Part shown: positions 1-12,082 of the stretch, one piece after another
How the letters are laid out: each line of letters begins with the position of its first letter
How positions within the stretch are numbered: the first letter of the stretch is position 1
Origin: Leucoraja ocellata
Taxonomy: Eukaryota
NCBI GenBank assembly: GCA_036785375.1
Contig: JAWMAR010000265.1
Span: forward strand, 372,001 to 436,000
Length of the DNA stretch: 64,000 bases
Reading direction: 5' to 3'
The notes under the pieces: model-generated
Seen by the model: the letters and a program-made list of their open reading frames with translations, nothing else
The model's database searches: none
What the model was told of the DNA's origin: nothing
Translations under genes and position numbers: made by a program

Positions 1-270
1 ATCCACTTATGCTGCCGCCTTCACTGAGTTATGAACTTGGACTCCAAGATCCCATTACAAATCAATGCAGTTAAGTGTCTTGCCATTAGCTGTATACTCT
101 CCAACTGCCCAGAGTGCAAATCCTCACACTTGCTCAGATTAAATTTAATCTGCCATTTCTCCACCCATTTCTGCATTTGATCGATATCCCCCTGTATTTT
201 CTGACAGCCTTTACTCACTGTCTGCAACACCTCCAATGTTGCTGTCGTCAGTAAACTATCTCACTAACCC
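1..270 (-). mobile_element. Degenerate CR1 LINE RT fragment
   Basis: ORF 21..236 (IQGDIDQMQKWVEKWQIKFNLSKCE) resembles the CR1 RT C-terminal region. Confidence 0.8.
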
Positions 271-1789
271 ATTAACATTTCCCTTTCCAGTTCTACCACC
301 GAATGGGAACGACATATTCTTTCCTTTCTGATTTCCTGCCCAACTCCAGACTCCTATCTTGCCCTTCTGCTATTGATCATCTGGAAAATTCCCTCCCCAA
401 TCCCCTCTCTTCTTTCAGATCTTTGACTAACCCCCAAATGTTCTGACGTCCCTTTCTTTGTCAAAATATCATTCAATGAACCAGCTTGAAACAGTTACTA
501 AAATAATATGCAATATAATTGCAACATGTTGTTTCCGCATACCTGTGATCTAGCATAGTAGAATTGGTCAAGGCATAGGAGAGTGTCAGTAGAGGATAAT
601 TGGCTTAGTGTACAATTAGAGACGGAGGGCTTTATGGCCTTCCAGGTGGGGGATGGAGGTGCAGTGTGCCTGAACATCCATAGTAAAGATGAGGGAACTG
701 GGTCTGAAAAATGGAGTAATTACCCTCATTGAACTTTTGTTTTTTTTCTGAACCAGGTAGCTCCTTAGACACAAGTAGTTCTTTCTCTTTGAAGCCTTGT
801 TTTATGCCTTGTACAATAATATCACTGTATTTCACAATGTGTGCACCTGTGCTCTGTGCAAGACTGCTAGTGGCTGTGTAGGTGTAGCTGTGTATCTGGG
901 CACCACTGGGTTCTCCTTGTTCTGCAAAGAGGGCGGGTAAGTATGTGAATGTATGCTCTATTGTTAATAAATACACAATTATGTATGTGCATGTTGTTTA
1001 GACGAGGATGTTTGTATAACATGTGGAATTCAGACACTACATGGTTTAAAAATACATGCAGGATTTCCAGCTAAATTTTAATTTTCATTAGTCCTAGTAT
1101 ATATTAATCAACTATGAACTAGCAAACTGAGCACAATTGGTTACATCCTTTGCTCCATGTGACAATTTGATCTTTAAATGAATGGGCAACATTGAGTTAT
1201 ACAGCATTGAGTAATCTAAACCTCAAATTCCTACATACAGTATATTATTTTCCATGTCATGTTATTTACAACCCAATCTGTAAAACCATGTGCTCCATTT
1301 TCATTTGCACCTTTCTTTCTTCTTTAAGCTTGCAGACATTCTTTATGCTATAATAGGATGTTTCCATATAATTTTTAGATATTTTCCTTCAAGATTAATT
1401 GACCCTACTACTTTTCGTACATTACTAATGTCCTATAAGTACTGTCCACATTATTGTGTTAATGAGCGCACAAGGCAGAATGTTAAAGTAATCTCTTTAG
1501 TGCCATTTAAATGCTTCACCAAAAAGAGTGGAGCTAACAAAGTGAATGGGAACGGTGACATTTTAAACTTTTGGTACGTGCATGAGGCATATTTAAGTTT
1601 TCTTACAAAAGGCGTTTTAGGAATGGATTATACCTTTTGATTGTCACCAATGAAATTAAATGTTGAAAAGAAATCACCTATTTCAATCCCATACAATTAA
1701 GTTTGAGTCCATCAACAAGAGAAAAATCAAATTTAAGGGATTTTATAATAGTTGCTGACTGCAGTGACCCACATGCAGGGAATAGCATG

Positions 1790-2090
1790 TGTAAGAAGGG
1801 GCTACAGATGCTGGTTTACACCAAAGATAGACCCCACCCTAGTCTTCTTGTATATTTCACCGATTGTAGCCAGTTGTTATCACCTCGTCCCCAGCCAACA
1901 ATAGACCATTGTGGGCTCCACCTTTCCTGAGTCGTCGATGCAGGCTCTGCTTGTTCTGTACCTTCCCCTACCTCTAGTATCCCTCTCCCCGCCTCTCTGA
2001 TGAAGGGTCTAAACCCGAAATGTCACCTGTTCCTTATCTCCAGAGATACTGCCTGACCTGCTGAGTTACTCCAGCACTTTGTGTCTATCC
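1790..2090 (+). mobile_element. Penelope-derived short element with hammerhead-like core (1997-2025)
   Basis: Shares sequence with the 3' end of the element at 2660-3800; CTGATGAAGGGTCTAAACCCGAAATGTCA. Confidence 0.75.
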
Positions 2091-2659
2091 AAAGGGAATA
2101 CAATACTTATATTCACAGAATTGAAATATTCAAATAATATTTGGTACAGAACTCTGCACCCATGGAGCCACTGCAGTTTAATCTCCACCTGCACATCACT
2201 TTACAATGAAGTGAATGCCAATCGCTCTTTCCTACAAAGCGAGGTTTATTGTGGTCACAGAGAGAAGGCATATTCTTTTTGTTTTCTCGGTCTCACAAGA
2301 AGAACTTCCCATGCAAAAAATATTATTACAGCATTTCCCAAAGTACAGTCCTCCTCTCCTGTCTTCAGCTTTTTGTTAAAAATTAAATCCTTATTTCACT
2401 TTTCTTGACATTGTCCATTCCATCTCCAACCTCTGCCCTCAGTACCTGCCAAAATCATGAAAACCTCAATCCAGTTTCCTTTAATCCCTCAATGATATTT
2501 CTGCACTGATGTGAATCAATGCTACAATGTCCTCCTATCTGCATATGACTAAAATAATCGACACCTCCCCATTTTTGCTGACCTTTGATATGTTATCCTT
2601 CAACATCTCTCCAACATTTCGTTCAGACCACAAGGTCTGAAATGACAATAAAGGCTACT

Positions 2660-3800
2660 TTGACTTTGATATCTTCATCACAGAAGATAGACTATCAACC
2701 TCCATCACAGGAGATAGACAATCGACTGACATCTATTACAAAACATACCAACCCCACCAGCTATCTAGACTAAACTTCTTCCCACCCAGTCTCCTGCCAA
2801 GACTATCCCCTGCTCCCAATTCCTCATCTGCGCCCAAGATGAGGTGTATTGTACATCTGAGATGCCCTCATTCGTCAGGGAACGGGGCTTCCCTCTTCCA
2901 TCATTAGTGAGGAAGCCCTCACTCGGTTCTCCTCAGTATCCTGCAGCTCCCCCTCCACTTAGTCGTAACCGGGACAGAGTCCCTCTAGTCCTCGCCTTTC
3001 ACCCCGTCAGCCGTTGTATACAACACATAATCCCCTGACATTTTCGCCACCTCCAACGGGATTCCACCACTAGTCGCATCTTCCAATCTCCACCTCTTTC
3101 CGCTTTCCGCAGAGCCCGTTCCCTCCGCAACTCCCATGTCAATTTGTTCCTTCACACCCAAACCACCCCTTCCCCAGATACTTTCCCTGCGACTGCAGGA
3201 GATGAAACGCCTGTCCTATACCTTCTCCCTCGACTCTGTCCAAGGACCACGACAGTCCTTTCAGGTGAGGCAGAGGTTCACTTGCACCTCCTCCAACCTC
3301 ATCGACTGCATCCACTCTGCTAGGCGTGGACTCCAATTTATCGGCAAGACCAAGCGCACGACCGCAGTCCGCCTTGGCCTACTCGATCTCCTGGTTGCTA
3401 ACTCCCCCTCCCATTCCCACACTAACCTTTCTGTCCTGGGCCTCCTCCATTGTCAGAGTGAGGCCAAATGGGCCTCTTACAACCCAACGGTACGAATATT
3501 GATATTTCTAACTGCGTAACCCTTGTTTTCCCCCTCTCTCTCTGTCTCTCCACCACCCTAGTCAGCCAACGTTTCACTGTCTTCCTGCTTAGTTTCACTG
3601 TTTTTATCCACACATTATCACCTTCTCTACAGCAAACAATGGACCATTGTGGGCTCCACTTTTCCTTGATCATCGGTTCTGGCTGATGTTCTTCTCATAC
3701 ATTTAATTCATTTGTTCTTTGTACCTATCATACCTCTAGTTTCCCTCTCCCCGGCTTTCAGCCTGAAGAAGGATCTCAACCCGAAATGTCACCTATTCCT
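2660..3800 (+). mobile_element. Decayed Penelope-like retroelement (RT C-terminus, GIY-YIG endonuclease, 3' repeat)
   Basis: FQVRQRFTCTSSNLIDCI...QFIGKTKR motif; homologous to 40195-41300. Confidence 0.85.
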
Positions 3801-4407
3801 TCCACCAACCAAACAGTATGGAGACTTATCTCAATATCTTCCATCCCCTTCACATACCCCCACTCCCTAGCCTTCAATTCCAAACCACTTGATCTCAGCT
3901 AGACGTTGCAAAAGCAACAAAAAAAATCCATAAACCCTGGAAATCTGAAATAAAACCAAAGAATGCCAGGGGAATCTCTGCAAACCAGACAGCATATATG
4001 GAGAGAGGAACAGAGTCAATGACCTTTCATCGGAATCGCTATTTATGGCTCAATCACTCGCACACAAAATAAAAAGTCATGGACATGCAACGTTAACTCA
4101 GATATTACACGATTCGTTCAATGGTGGTGACCTTGGTATGATAACTGACCTCAATTTGTGCTTCGGACAGCACCATGTACAATCTCTTTAGATTTCCATT
4201 ACATCACCCAAGCTGAGTTCCACCACGTATGAGAAATGCAGGTATCTGACAGTTATAGGGCTTGAGGTGGTTATCGAGGGATGAGGCGATGAGGGTGTAA
4301 TTTTAAATCAAAGTATTGCTTAAAAGGACTGGAGACTGGAGGCCATAAAGCACCGATGGAATTGGTGAAGAAAACAAATGCAAGTTATAAGGGCAGTTTC
4401 AGTTAAT

Positions 4408-4497
4408 AGACACAAAAAGCTGGAGTAACTCAGTGGGACAGGCAGCATCTCTGGAGAGAAGGAATGGGTGATGCTTCGAGGTCGAGACCCTTCCACA
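4408..4497 (-). mobile_element. Half copy of Penelope-derived terminal repeat
   Basis: agacacaaaaagctggagtaactcag...ggtcgagacccttc arm shared with other copies. Confidence 0.7.
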
Positions 4498-4504
4498 GAC
4501 CACA

Positions 4505-5035
4505 GTTTAGTTTATTATCACGCATATCGAGGTATAGTGAAAAGGTTTTGTTGCAAGCTAACCAATCTGCAGGAAGACAATACATGATTACAATCAATCC
4601 ATTTACAGTGTATAAATGTAGGGGATAACATTTAGTGCAAGCTAAGCCAGCAAAGTTCAATCAAGTATAGTCTGAGGGTCATCAAAGAAGTAGATAGTAG
4701 TTCAGCATTGCTCTCTGGTTGTGGTATGAATGATTCCGTTGCCTGGTAACAGCTGGGAAGAAACGGTCCCCGAATCTGGAGGTGTGCGTTTTCACACTTT
4801 TATACCTTTAATGGGGGAGGGGAGAAGAGGGAGTGGCCAGGGTGAGACACATCCTTGATTATGCTGCTGGCCTTGCCGGGACAGCACGAGGTATAAATGC
4901 AGTCAATGGAAGGGAGGTTGGTTTGTGTGATGGTCTGGGCTGCACTGCAAGTCACTGCAATTTCTTGCGGTCTTGGATGGAGCTGTTCCCAATCCAAGTT
5001 GTGATGCATCCTGTTAACATGCTTTCTGTGATGCA
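4505..5035 (-). mobile_element. Rex1/Babar-like LINE 3' fragment
   Basis: LPSIDCIYTSCCPGKASSIIKDVSHPGHSLFS motif in ORF 4800..5159; taaac-repeat tail. Confidence 0.7.
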
Positions 5036-5345
5036 TATGGTGCAGCAATATTTTGTATGACCTCAAATTTACAAAGGCTAATGCAAGGGAGGCAAGATGG
5101 GAATGCGATTCTGCATGTAACAGAGGCAAAGGATGACTCGCGTGCACAAAATTCCTCATTTGGAGAGAAGCTCATCATAGGTGCTGTGAGGGAGCACTAG
5201 CCGCTAGTTGTACTTTCCTCAAAATATCTGGTTCTACATTGGCAAATATTCAAAAGGAAACAGGCCAAACATAAATGTGGTACTTGTGGTTTTGGATTTC
5301 CCTCAACCAACAAATTACTCGAGGAACTCAACAAAACCAGGCAGC

Positions 5346-5853
5346 ATAGAGTCATAGAGTGATACAGTGTGGAAACAGGCCCTTCGGCCCAACTTGCCCA
5401 CACCAGGCAACAAATCCCAGCTACACTAGTCCCACCTGCCTGCATTTGGTCCATATCCCTCCAAACCCGTCCTATCCATGTACTGGTCTAACTATTTCTT
5501 AAATGTTGGGATAGTCCCTGCCTCAACTACCTCCTCTGGCAGCTTGTTCCATACACCCACCACCCTTTGTGTGGAATAAGTTACCCATTAAACCTATGCC
5601 CTCTTGTCCTCAATTTGCCTACTCTGGGCGGGAGATTCTGTGTATCTATCCGATCCATTCCTCTCATGAATTTATACACCTCTATAAGATCACCCCTCAG
5701 CTTCCTGTTCTCCAAGGAATAGAGTCCCAGCCTGCTCAACCTCCCTCTATAGCTCAGACCCTCTAGACCTGGCAACATCTTCATAACTCTTCTCTGTTCC
5801 CTTTCCAGCTTGATATCTTCTTTCCTATAACATGGTGCCAGAACTGAACACAT
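5346..5853 (-). mobile_element. CR1 LINE 3' fragment with (ctctatga) tail
   Basis: ORF 5581..5853 LSRLGLYSLENRKLRGDLIEVYK...RTRGH. Confidence 0.9.
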
Positions 5854-6021
5854 TCCTCATCCTACGATGAAGTTACGTTCCGATAAACTCATCGTTAATC
5901 GAAAATTTCGCAAGTCGAAATCGTATTTAATACAATGCGATCACATGACCAGAAGTGGCGTGCGGCTCGCTGCCATTGCCGATCGTAAAGTCGAAATATC
6001 GTAAGTCGGGGAGCACCTGTA
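5853..6021. mobile_element. Tc1/mariner (Tigger-like) MITE remnant
   Basis: CpG-rich with repeated (t)cgtaagtcg motifs; ends ...gagcacctg|ta. Confidence 0.55.
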
Positions 6022-6399
6022 CCCTAAATGCAGCTGCACCAACGTCTTATACAAGTGCAACATGGCCTCCCGAGGGTGGAAAGAAATGGACAGTCAATGT
6101 TTCAGAACCCTTCCTCTGCACTAAAACATTCTCTAATTTTCTTCAATGGATGCTGCCTGCCCAGCCGAGCTCCTCCACCAGTTTCATTTTTGCTCCAAAT
6201 TCCAGCATCTATCTTTTTTGCCTCCATGCCTGAAATTGATCTGGTCAACATATACAGTTAAAGTCTACAGAAGTCTCACCTGCTGAACCATACTTTCTTC
6301 TCCATCCTCTCACTGGGCATGAAGCCAGTCTTCCAATGCTTGTATCTAGTGGCGGCAGTGGTGGTGCTATTTTATATTTTACAGATAGTATTGTATAGG

Positions 6400-6628
6400 T
6401 TAGAGATACAGCCCGGTCTTGGGCGCATCAAGTCCAAGCCGAGCAGGAATCCCCGCACACTAACACCATACACACTAGGGACAATATACAAATATACCAA
6501 CCCAATTAACCTACAAACCTGTATGTCTATTGAAACCCACACAGAACACGAGGAGAAGGTACAAACTCCGTATAGACAAGCACCCGTAGTCAGCAACAAA
6601 CCAAGGTTGCAGCTCTACCACTGCACCT
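6400..6628 (-). mobile_element. tRNA-derived V-SINE-like element
   Basis: Homologous to 49190-49465 (cacactagggacaat...ccaattaacctacaaacc...acaaactccgta). Confidence 0.7.
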
Positions 6629-7134
6629 GAATTTATTTAATGAATTTATTTTCTATTTCACAGCCTTACCATGGCTTTCTGGAACTGTTCCAGAAAAGCT
6701 GGCAATGGCTGGCCTTGAGAAACAGATTCAATGGTGCCCAGGTACATCCTCTCAGTCAGTGACCTCCATTCCTCCTCACTGAACTCTACAGTCATAGAAT
6801 TATCACCATGGAAAAGGGCCCATGTTCATACTGTTCATACTGATCCGTTTGTCCACCAACACTAATCCCATTTGCCAGCATTAGCACCGTATCCTTCAGA
6901 GCATTATCTTTAGTCACACTGTCTTCGGGTGCTTCTGTTTTAGCCAATCGCCCGCACTCAAACATATTGGAGAATCCTAGCTCCAGCATTTGACTGAACG
7001 GAACCTACAGATGCTGCATGTCCCAGTATTTCAAACCTGCTGAAATATTGAAGATAAACATTTTAAGATAAAAGCTGGCATTATACTACATTTAGTTTGT
7101 TTGGTTACACAGGTCCACAGACAGAGTTCTATTG

Positions 7135-7920
7135 CAAGGAAACAGGCTCTTTGCACCATCTCATAACTACAAGAATACATTCAAGGCAAGATGCCCCATC
7201 TACACTGGTCCCACCTGTCTGCATTTAGCCCATATTCCTCTAAACCTTTCCTATTCATGTACCTGTCCAAAAGTCATTCACTGTTGGCTTGAACTACTGC
7301 CTCTGGCAGCTCCTTCCAATTACTCACCACACTGTGTTAAAATGTTGACCCTTGGGTTCCTATTAAATCTTTGCCCTCTCACCTCAAACCTATGTCCGCT
7401 GTTGTTGATTTCCGTACTCTGGGTAAAATACTATCTATTCCCCTCATGATCTTATACAGCTGTAGAAGATCAGCCCTCATCCTTATGCACTCCAAGGAAT
7501 GAAAGTCTTAGTCAGCCCAACCTTTCCCTATGACTCAGGCCCTCAAGTCTTGGTAACATCTTTGTTACTCTTCTCTACACGCTTTCCAGCTTAACAACAT
7601 CCTTCCTATAACAGGGTGAACAAAACTGAACATAATAATATGGCCTCACTAACGTCTTGTACAACTGTAATATAACATCTCAACTTCTATTTTCAATATC
7701 TTGACTAATGGGCATTGTACCAAAGGCCTTCTTGAGTACCCTATCTACCTGTGATGGCACTTTCAAGGAACTGTGCACCTGCACTTCTAGATCCCTGCAC
7801 AACGCTCCTAAAGGTCCTGCCATGCACTACAAAGGTCCTGTCCTGAAACACATCACACTTATTAATTTGTACTGAACTCTATTAACAACTCCTCAGACCA
7901 CTTGCCCAACTGATCAAGTT
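7135..7920 (-). mobile_element. Decayed CR1 LINE 3' fragment
   Basis: Nucleotide similarity to the 5346-5853 copy. Confidence 0.75.
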
Positions 7921-8677
7921 CCTAATACATAATACAACATGCATTTAATAACTTACAAATGTGACCTATTTGCCATGTCTTTTGTATAATGACAAGTGAA
8001 ATATAGTTATGATCTTTTGAAAAAAAAACATTACATCTGTTACATTAATAAATGGAGTTGGTTGTTTTCCTGTAAATATCTGCATCTTACCGCGTAACAG
8101 ATATACTAATGTTTGGATTAGACAGCCTGTTTTAGCCTTGTAGTTTCATTGCAACCAGTTAAAGGGAATTCTCATAATGAGTTCACCCATTGCAAGTCAG
8201 TAAACAAAGAATGGCCAAATGTTTGACATCACTGATTAGGACCAAGCTTTTCAAAGCTCGATGCATATTTCTGAAGCCTCACAGAACATTAATTTTTAAT
8301 GATATCACTCTCACTGCTCCATTAAAAGATGGTCGAGAAAAGATTTTAACATAATCAATCACATAGTTAGCTACAAAATATTAACTGGAACAGTGGCCTT
8401 TTGCATAAAACATAACATATAAAACCCTCCAACATAGGACTGCAAGTAATTAAAGTTGAATATGTAATCACTTCTGTTCATGCACTAGAATTTTTTGACA
8501 TGACCAACAAGGTGCAAAATACTTTGCTGGCCTATATATAGATTGTAGACAGAAGACAGATATAGATTATAGAATGAAGCCTGATATTCCTGTCATGCTT
8601 TCATAATAAAAAAAGTGAACAAAATACTTCTTTGTGCCTGTCGATAAAACTAACGTATATGCGTCACAGATGCTTAC

Positions 8678-8841
8678 ATATGTTGCTGTGGAGAACATCC
8701 TCTGCTAATATTCCCATTGGTGTCGAGGTGATCCAGCGAACCATTGAGGTCTTCATGGGCTGCCAGCAGTAAGCCACTGGAGGTGGTGTTTATCAGGTTT
8801 GGGTTACTAAGTAAAGGTAAACTGCTCTCTGCAAGTGCAGC
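8678..8841 (-). CDS. FOXP2: FOXP2 exon 16 ([54 protein letters not shown])
   Basis: 164 nt, ttttggcag| acceptor, AT|gtaagc donor, phase 0-2; terminal exon not found in 1-8677. Confidence 0.96.
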
Positions 8842-10309
8842 CTGCCAAAACAGAAGCACAAAATCATCGATGAGCCCGATTGTTTCATTTTAGAGTTTCA
8901 TAAGGATTGCTTTGTGAAAAGCATTAATGACACATTACTGTAAATATTCACCAAATATTGAAATTTTCATTTGTTATTAAATATTAAAAGTCCCTAAAAT
9001 GAAATTTGATCTAATTTTATTGAAAATCAACCATATTTTACAAATGACATAAATAGGTCAACTTCATAGTTACTTTGCAGAAACAACTCAAGTTTACACC
9101 TCGCAGGTTAAATAGCTGAAAAGCATATTTTGTTGAGAGCTCTTAATACTATTGTAACCAGATTGAAAGAACATCTCGTTTTTAAAAGTAAAATGATCCA
9201 GTACCCATGCTACTTTTCCAATCTTTGTAATCCAACTGCATAATCTTATATCAATAGTTCCAAGTGTAATTCATTCACAAAATTACAGGGCTTTCCATGT
9301 TCTTGCTGATAGCTTTCATCCAGATTTGTATTTAATTGCAATTCATGGTGCTTCAGGTTAAGATAATGTTCTTCATAATGTCAGCTGAGAGATACGAGAA
9401 CTACATTTCCATTTTTTTATAAAGTAACATGAAATTTAGTCAAGTGCCCAATTTATTTAGAAGGATAAAAATCACCCCACCTCTAAACTCAGGATAGATC
9501 CAACACATTTTCTTGCTAAACAATATATTGGAGCACACAAACAAAAACCAAGTTATTGGGTCAAGATTAGAAGCTGCTAGCTTAACATTGTGTTTAGAAT
9601 GTCAGTATGTTATTTAAAAAAACCCACTATTGTTAATCTATCCAATAGCTGGCTCACAATACTCTATGGGTGACAAAAGTTCATTTTTTCCCCCATTTGT
9701 TAAGCTGCATTGACCCTTTCATCCTGATTTTACTTATCTTAAATTTCTCATTTCATAGCTCCGAGTTCATTATTGTCCTTATCGCAGTGGCCCATTCTTT
9801 ATTTCCATTCCTAAGTCACCACATTCATTTATATTGGCACTCCACATCTGTCACATTTACATCCAATTAGAAGGCAAGTTAATGAATCAGAAGGAGCATC
9901 AATGAATTATTTTGGTCTATACCTGTACAACCCTGCTGGGGCAGAGCTGAATGTTTCGATCCGCCTTGGCAGATACCAGCACAATATTGCTATTTATCTC
10001 TTTATTAAAGAACCAATTAGCAATGTCATACATTGGATTGCAGAATGTATACATGAAAACCTGAACATTTCTTAACCATCTTTCACATTAATCCTCCTTT
10101 GGGAATCTTCTATTTGGACAAGAGTGTCTTTGGCACTCCGAGTAATAGAATTTTGGGAAACCTACGAGTTCCTTGCCACATTCACAAGGATATTACCAAT
10201 GTATTTTCAAAATATTTTTAATTATACTTCACTTTATTGTCGATAAATAATGTTTTGATAGACGGAGGTGTTAACACTGATCCTTATAAATATAAGGTGA
10301 ATTAGTATC

Positions 10310-11420
10310 AGGAGTAGGTGAAATCACCTTCAAACCTGCACTGCCATTCGTCATGCTAATCGGCGACTTTCCACCTTATCTCCATGTTTTTGCGCTCCCT
10401 TAATTCCCCAAATGTCCACAAATCTATTAACCACGATTTGGAATAAATTCAACGGCTGCACCACCAGCACCCAACAAGGTCAGGAATTGCTAAGATTCAT
10501 CACCCCCTGAGTGAGGACATTTCTCCTCATCTCAGTGCTGAGTGGGTTACTCCTCACTCTGAGATAGTGACACCTGGCTTCTCTGCCACCAGAATCCTCC
10601 TTCCCACGTCAATTCTGTCAAGAAGTCATCATTCGAAATGTCACTTTTCCATTTCTACCACAGATGCTGCCCGACCTGCTGAGTTACTCCAGCACTTTGT
10701 TTATATTTCTGTGCAAATTTTGTACGTTTCAACAACATCCCTCCTCATTCTTCAAATTCTAGAGCATAGTGGTGCGGGCGATACAATTTCCTCTCACACA
10801 GCAATCTCACTATCCCAGGAACCTGTGTGGTGAATCTTCATTGCAAAACCTCTGTGGATCATGTAGCTAGTCTTGAAGCCTCTATACATTCTCCTCAATT
10901 TTCACAAAACTCTCCACTCAGTTCTGTATCATCATCAAACTTTAAAGTATTACATTGGTTTCACAGTCAGATCATTGACAGAGATGATGAACAGCTGGAG
11001 AATGAGCACTGATCCATGAGATACCCTAGTAGTCTCTAAATGGCAACTTGATAAGGGCACATTAATTCCCCCTCTATACTCTATTTGGTCACCAGCTCCC
11101 TATATAAGCAATTATATTATTCCACCCCCCCCCCCACCCCAATATCATACACTCCTCAATGAGATCTTCTGAAAATCTAAATACACCACCTCCACTGGTT
11201 CTTTATTTTCCGTTCAAATGACCAGAGTCCACAAAGAACTCTATTAAATTAGTCAAATACATTTATTTTATAAATCCATGCTGGCTCTGAATACGATCTA
11301 TTCTTTTCTCATGTTATGTTTTCACATCCTTCATTGTAGATGACTGAATTTTCCCCATTGCTACTGCCCGGTTAACAGGTTAGAAGTTTGCCGTTTCCTT
11401 TCTCCTTATATTCTTAAATA
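10310..11420 (-). mobile_element. Old CR1 fragment interrupted by a Penelope-derived arm (about 10630-10700)
   Basis: gattcatcaccccctgagtgaggacatttctcctcatctc CR1 signature; gatgctgcccgacctgctgagttactccagc arm. Confidence 0.55.
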
Positions 11421-11949
11421 TGCAACCCTTCACCATGTTTAAGCTCAGTTTTAGCCACAGACTTTTAAGGAGCAATGCACTGTGATTGCAATAAGACGTG
11501 GAAAGAGTTGACCAATCACCCATACACTAGATTCAAATGATTCTTGCCACACACCCATCAGCTTCCCAAGGATCCTACCACACTCCTACAATAGGGTCAC
11601 CTTGCAGTTTACAACCTGAATACAATAGAGAAAAGTCCTGGGGGTACATGGAGGAGACCCGTGCGGTGACAGGGTATCAGGCAAGCTCCACACTGACAAT
11701 GCCAGAGGTGAGGATTGATCCTGGATTGTTGGAGCTCTGTTATTGATGTGTATTTTGAGACTTCTGCTGGCTGCACACATGCCACCCCACCTCAAACGTG
11801 TGTGAGATTTGTAACCATTGAGGTTCAACCTTCCATTTATCTGATGAATTTCGATGATGACATATACAAGAGCAAAACTGGTTATTCATATTTTGTCTAA
11901 TAATATATTCAAAATGATAATATGCTAATCAATAAATAATTGATTAGTA

Positions 11950-12082
11950 CAGGTGTCAGGTGTTATAAGAAGAAGGCAGGAGAATGGGGTTAAGAGGGGA
12001 AGATAGATCAGCCATTATTGAATGGTGGAGTAGACTTGATGGGCCGAATGGTCTAATTCTGCTCCTAAACCTATGAACATGA
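11950..12082 (+). mobile_element. CR1 3' UTR/tail fragment
   Basis: gatcagccattattgaatggtggagtagacttgatgggccgaatgg matches the tail of 41715-42868. Confidence 0.75.

Noticed and set aside
632-2408. ORFs of 75-116 aa near the window start as a possible terminal FOXP2 exon or separate gene
   Set aside because: No HVKEEP/EEEPLSEDLE-like peptide or recognisable domain; consistent with chance ORFs and repeat sequence.
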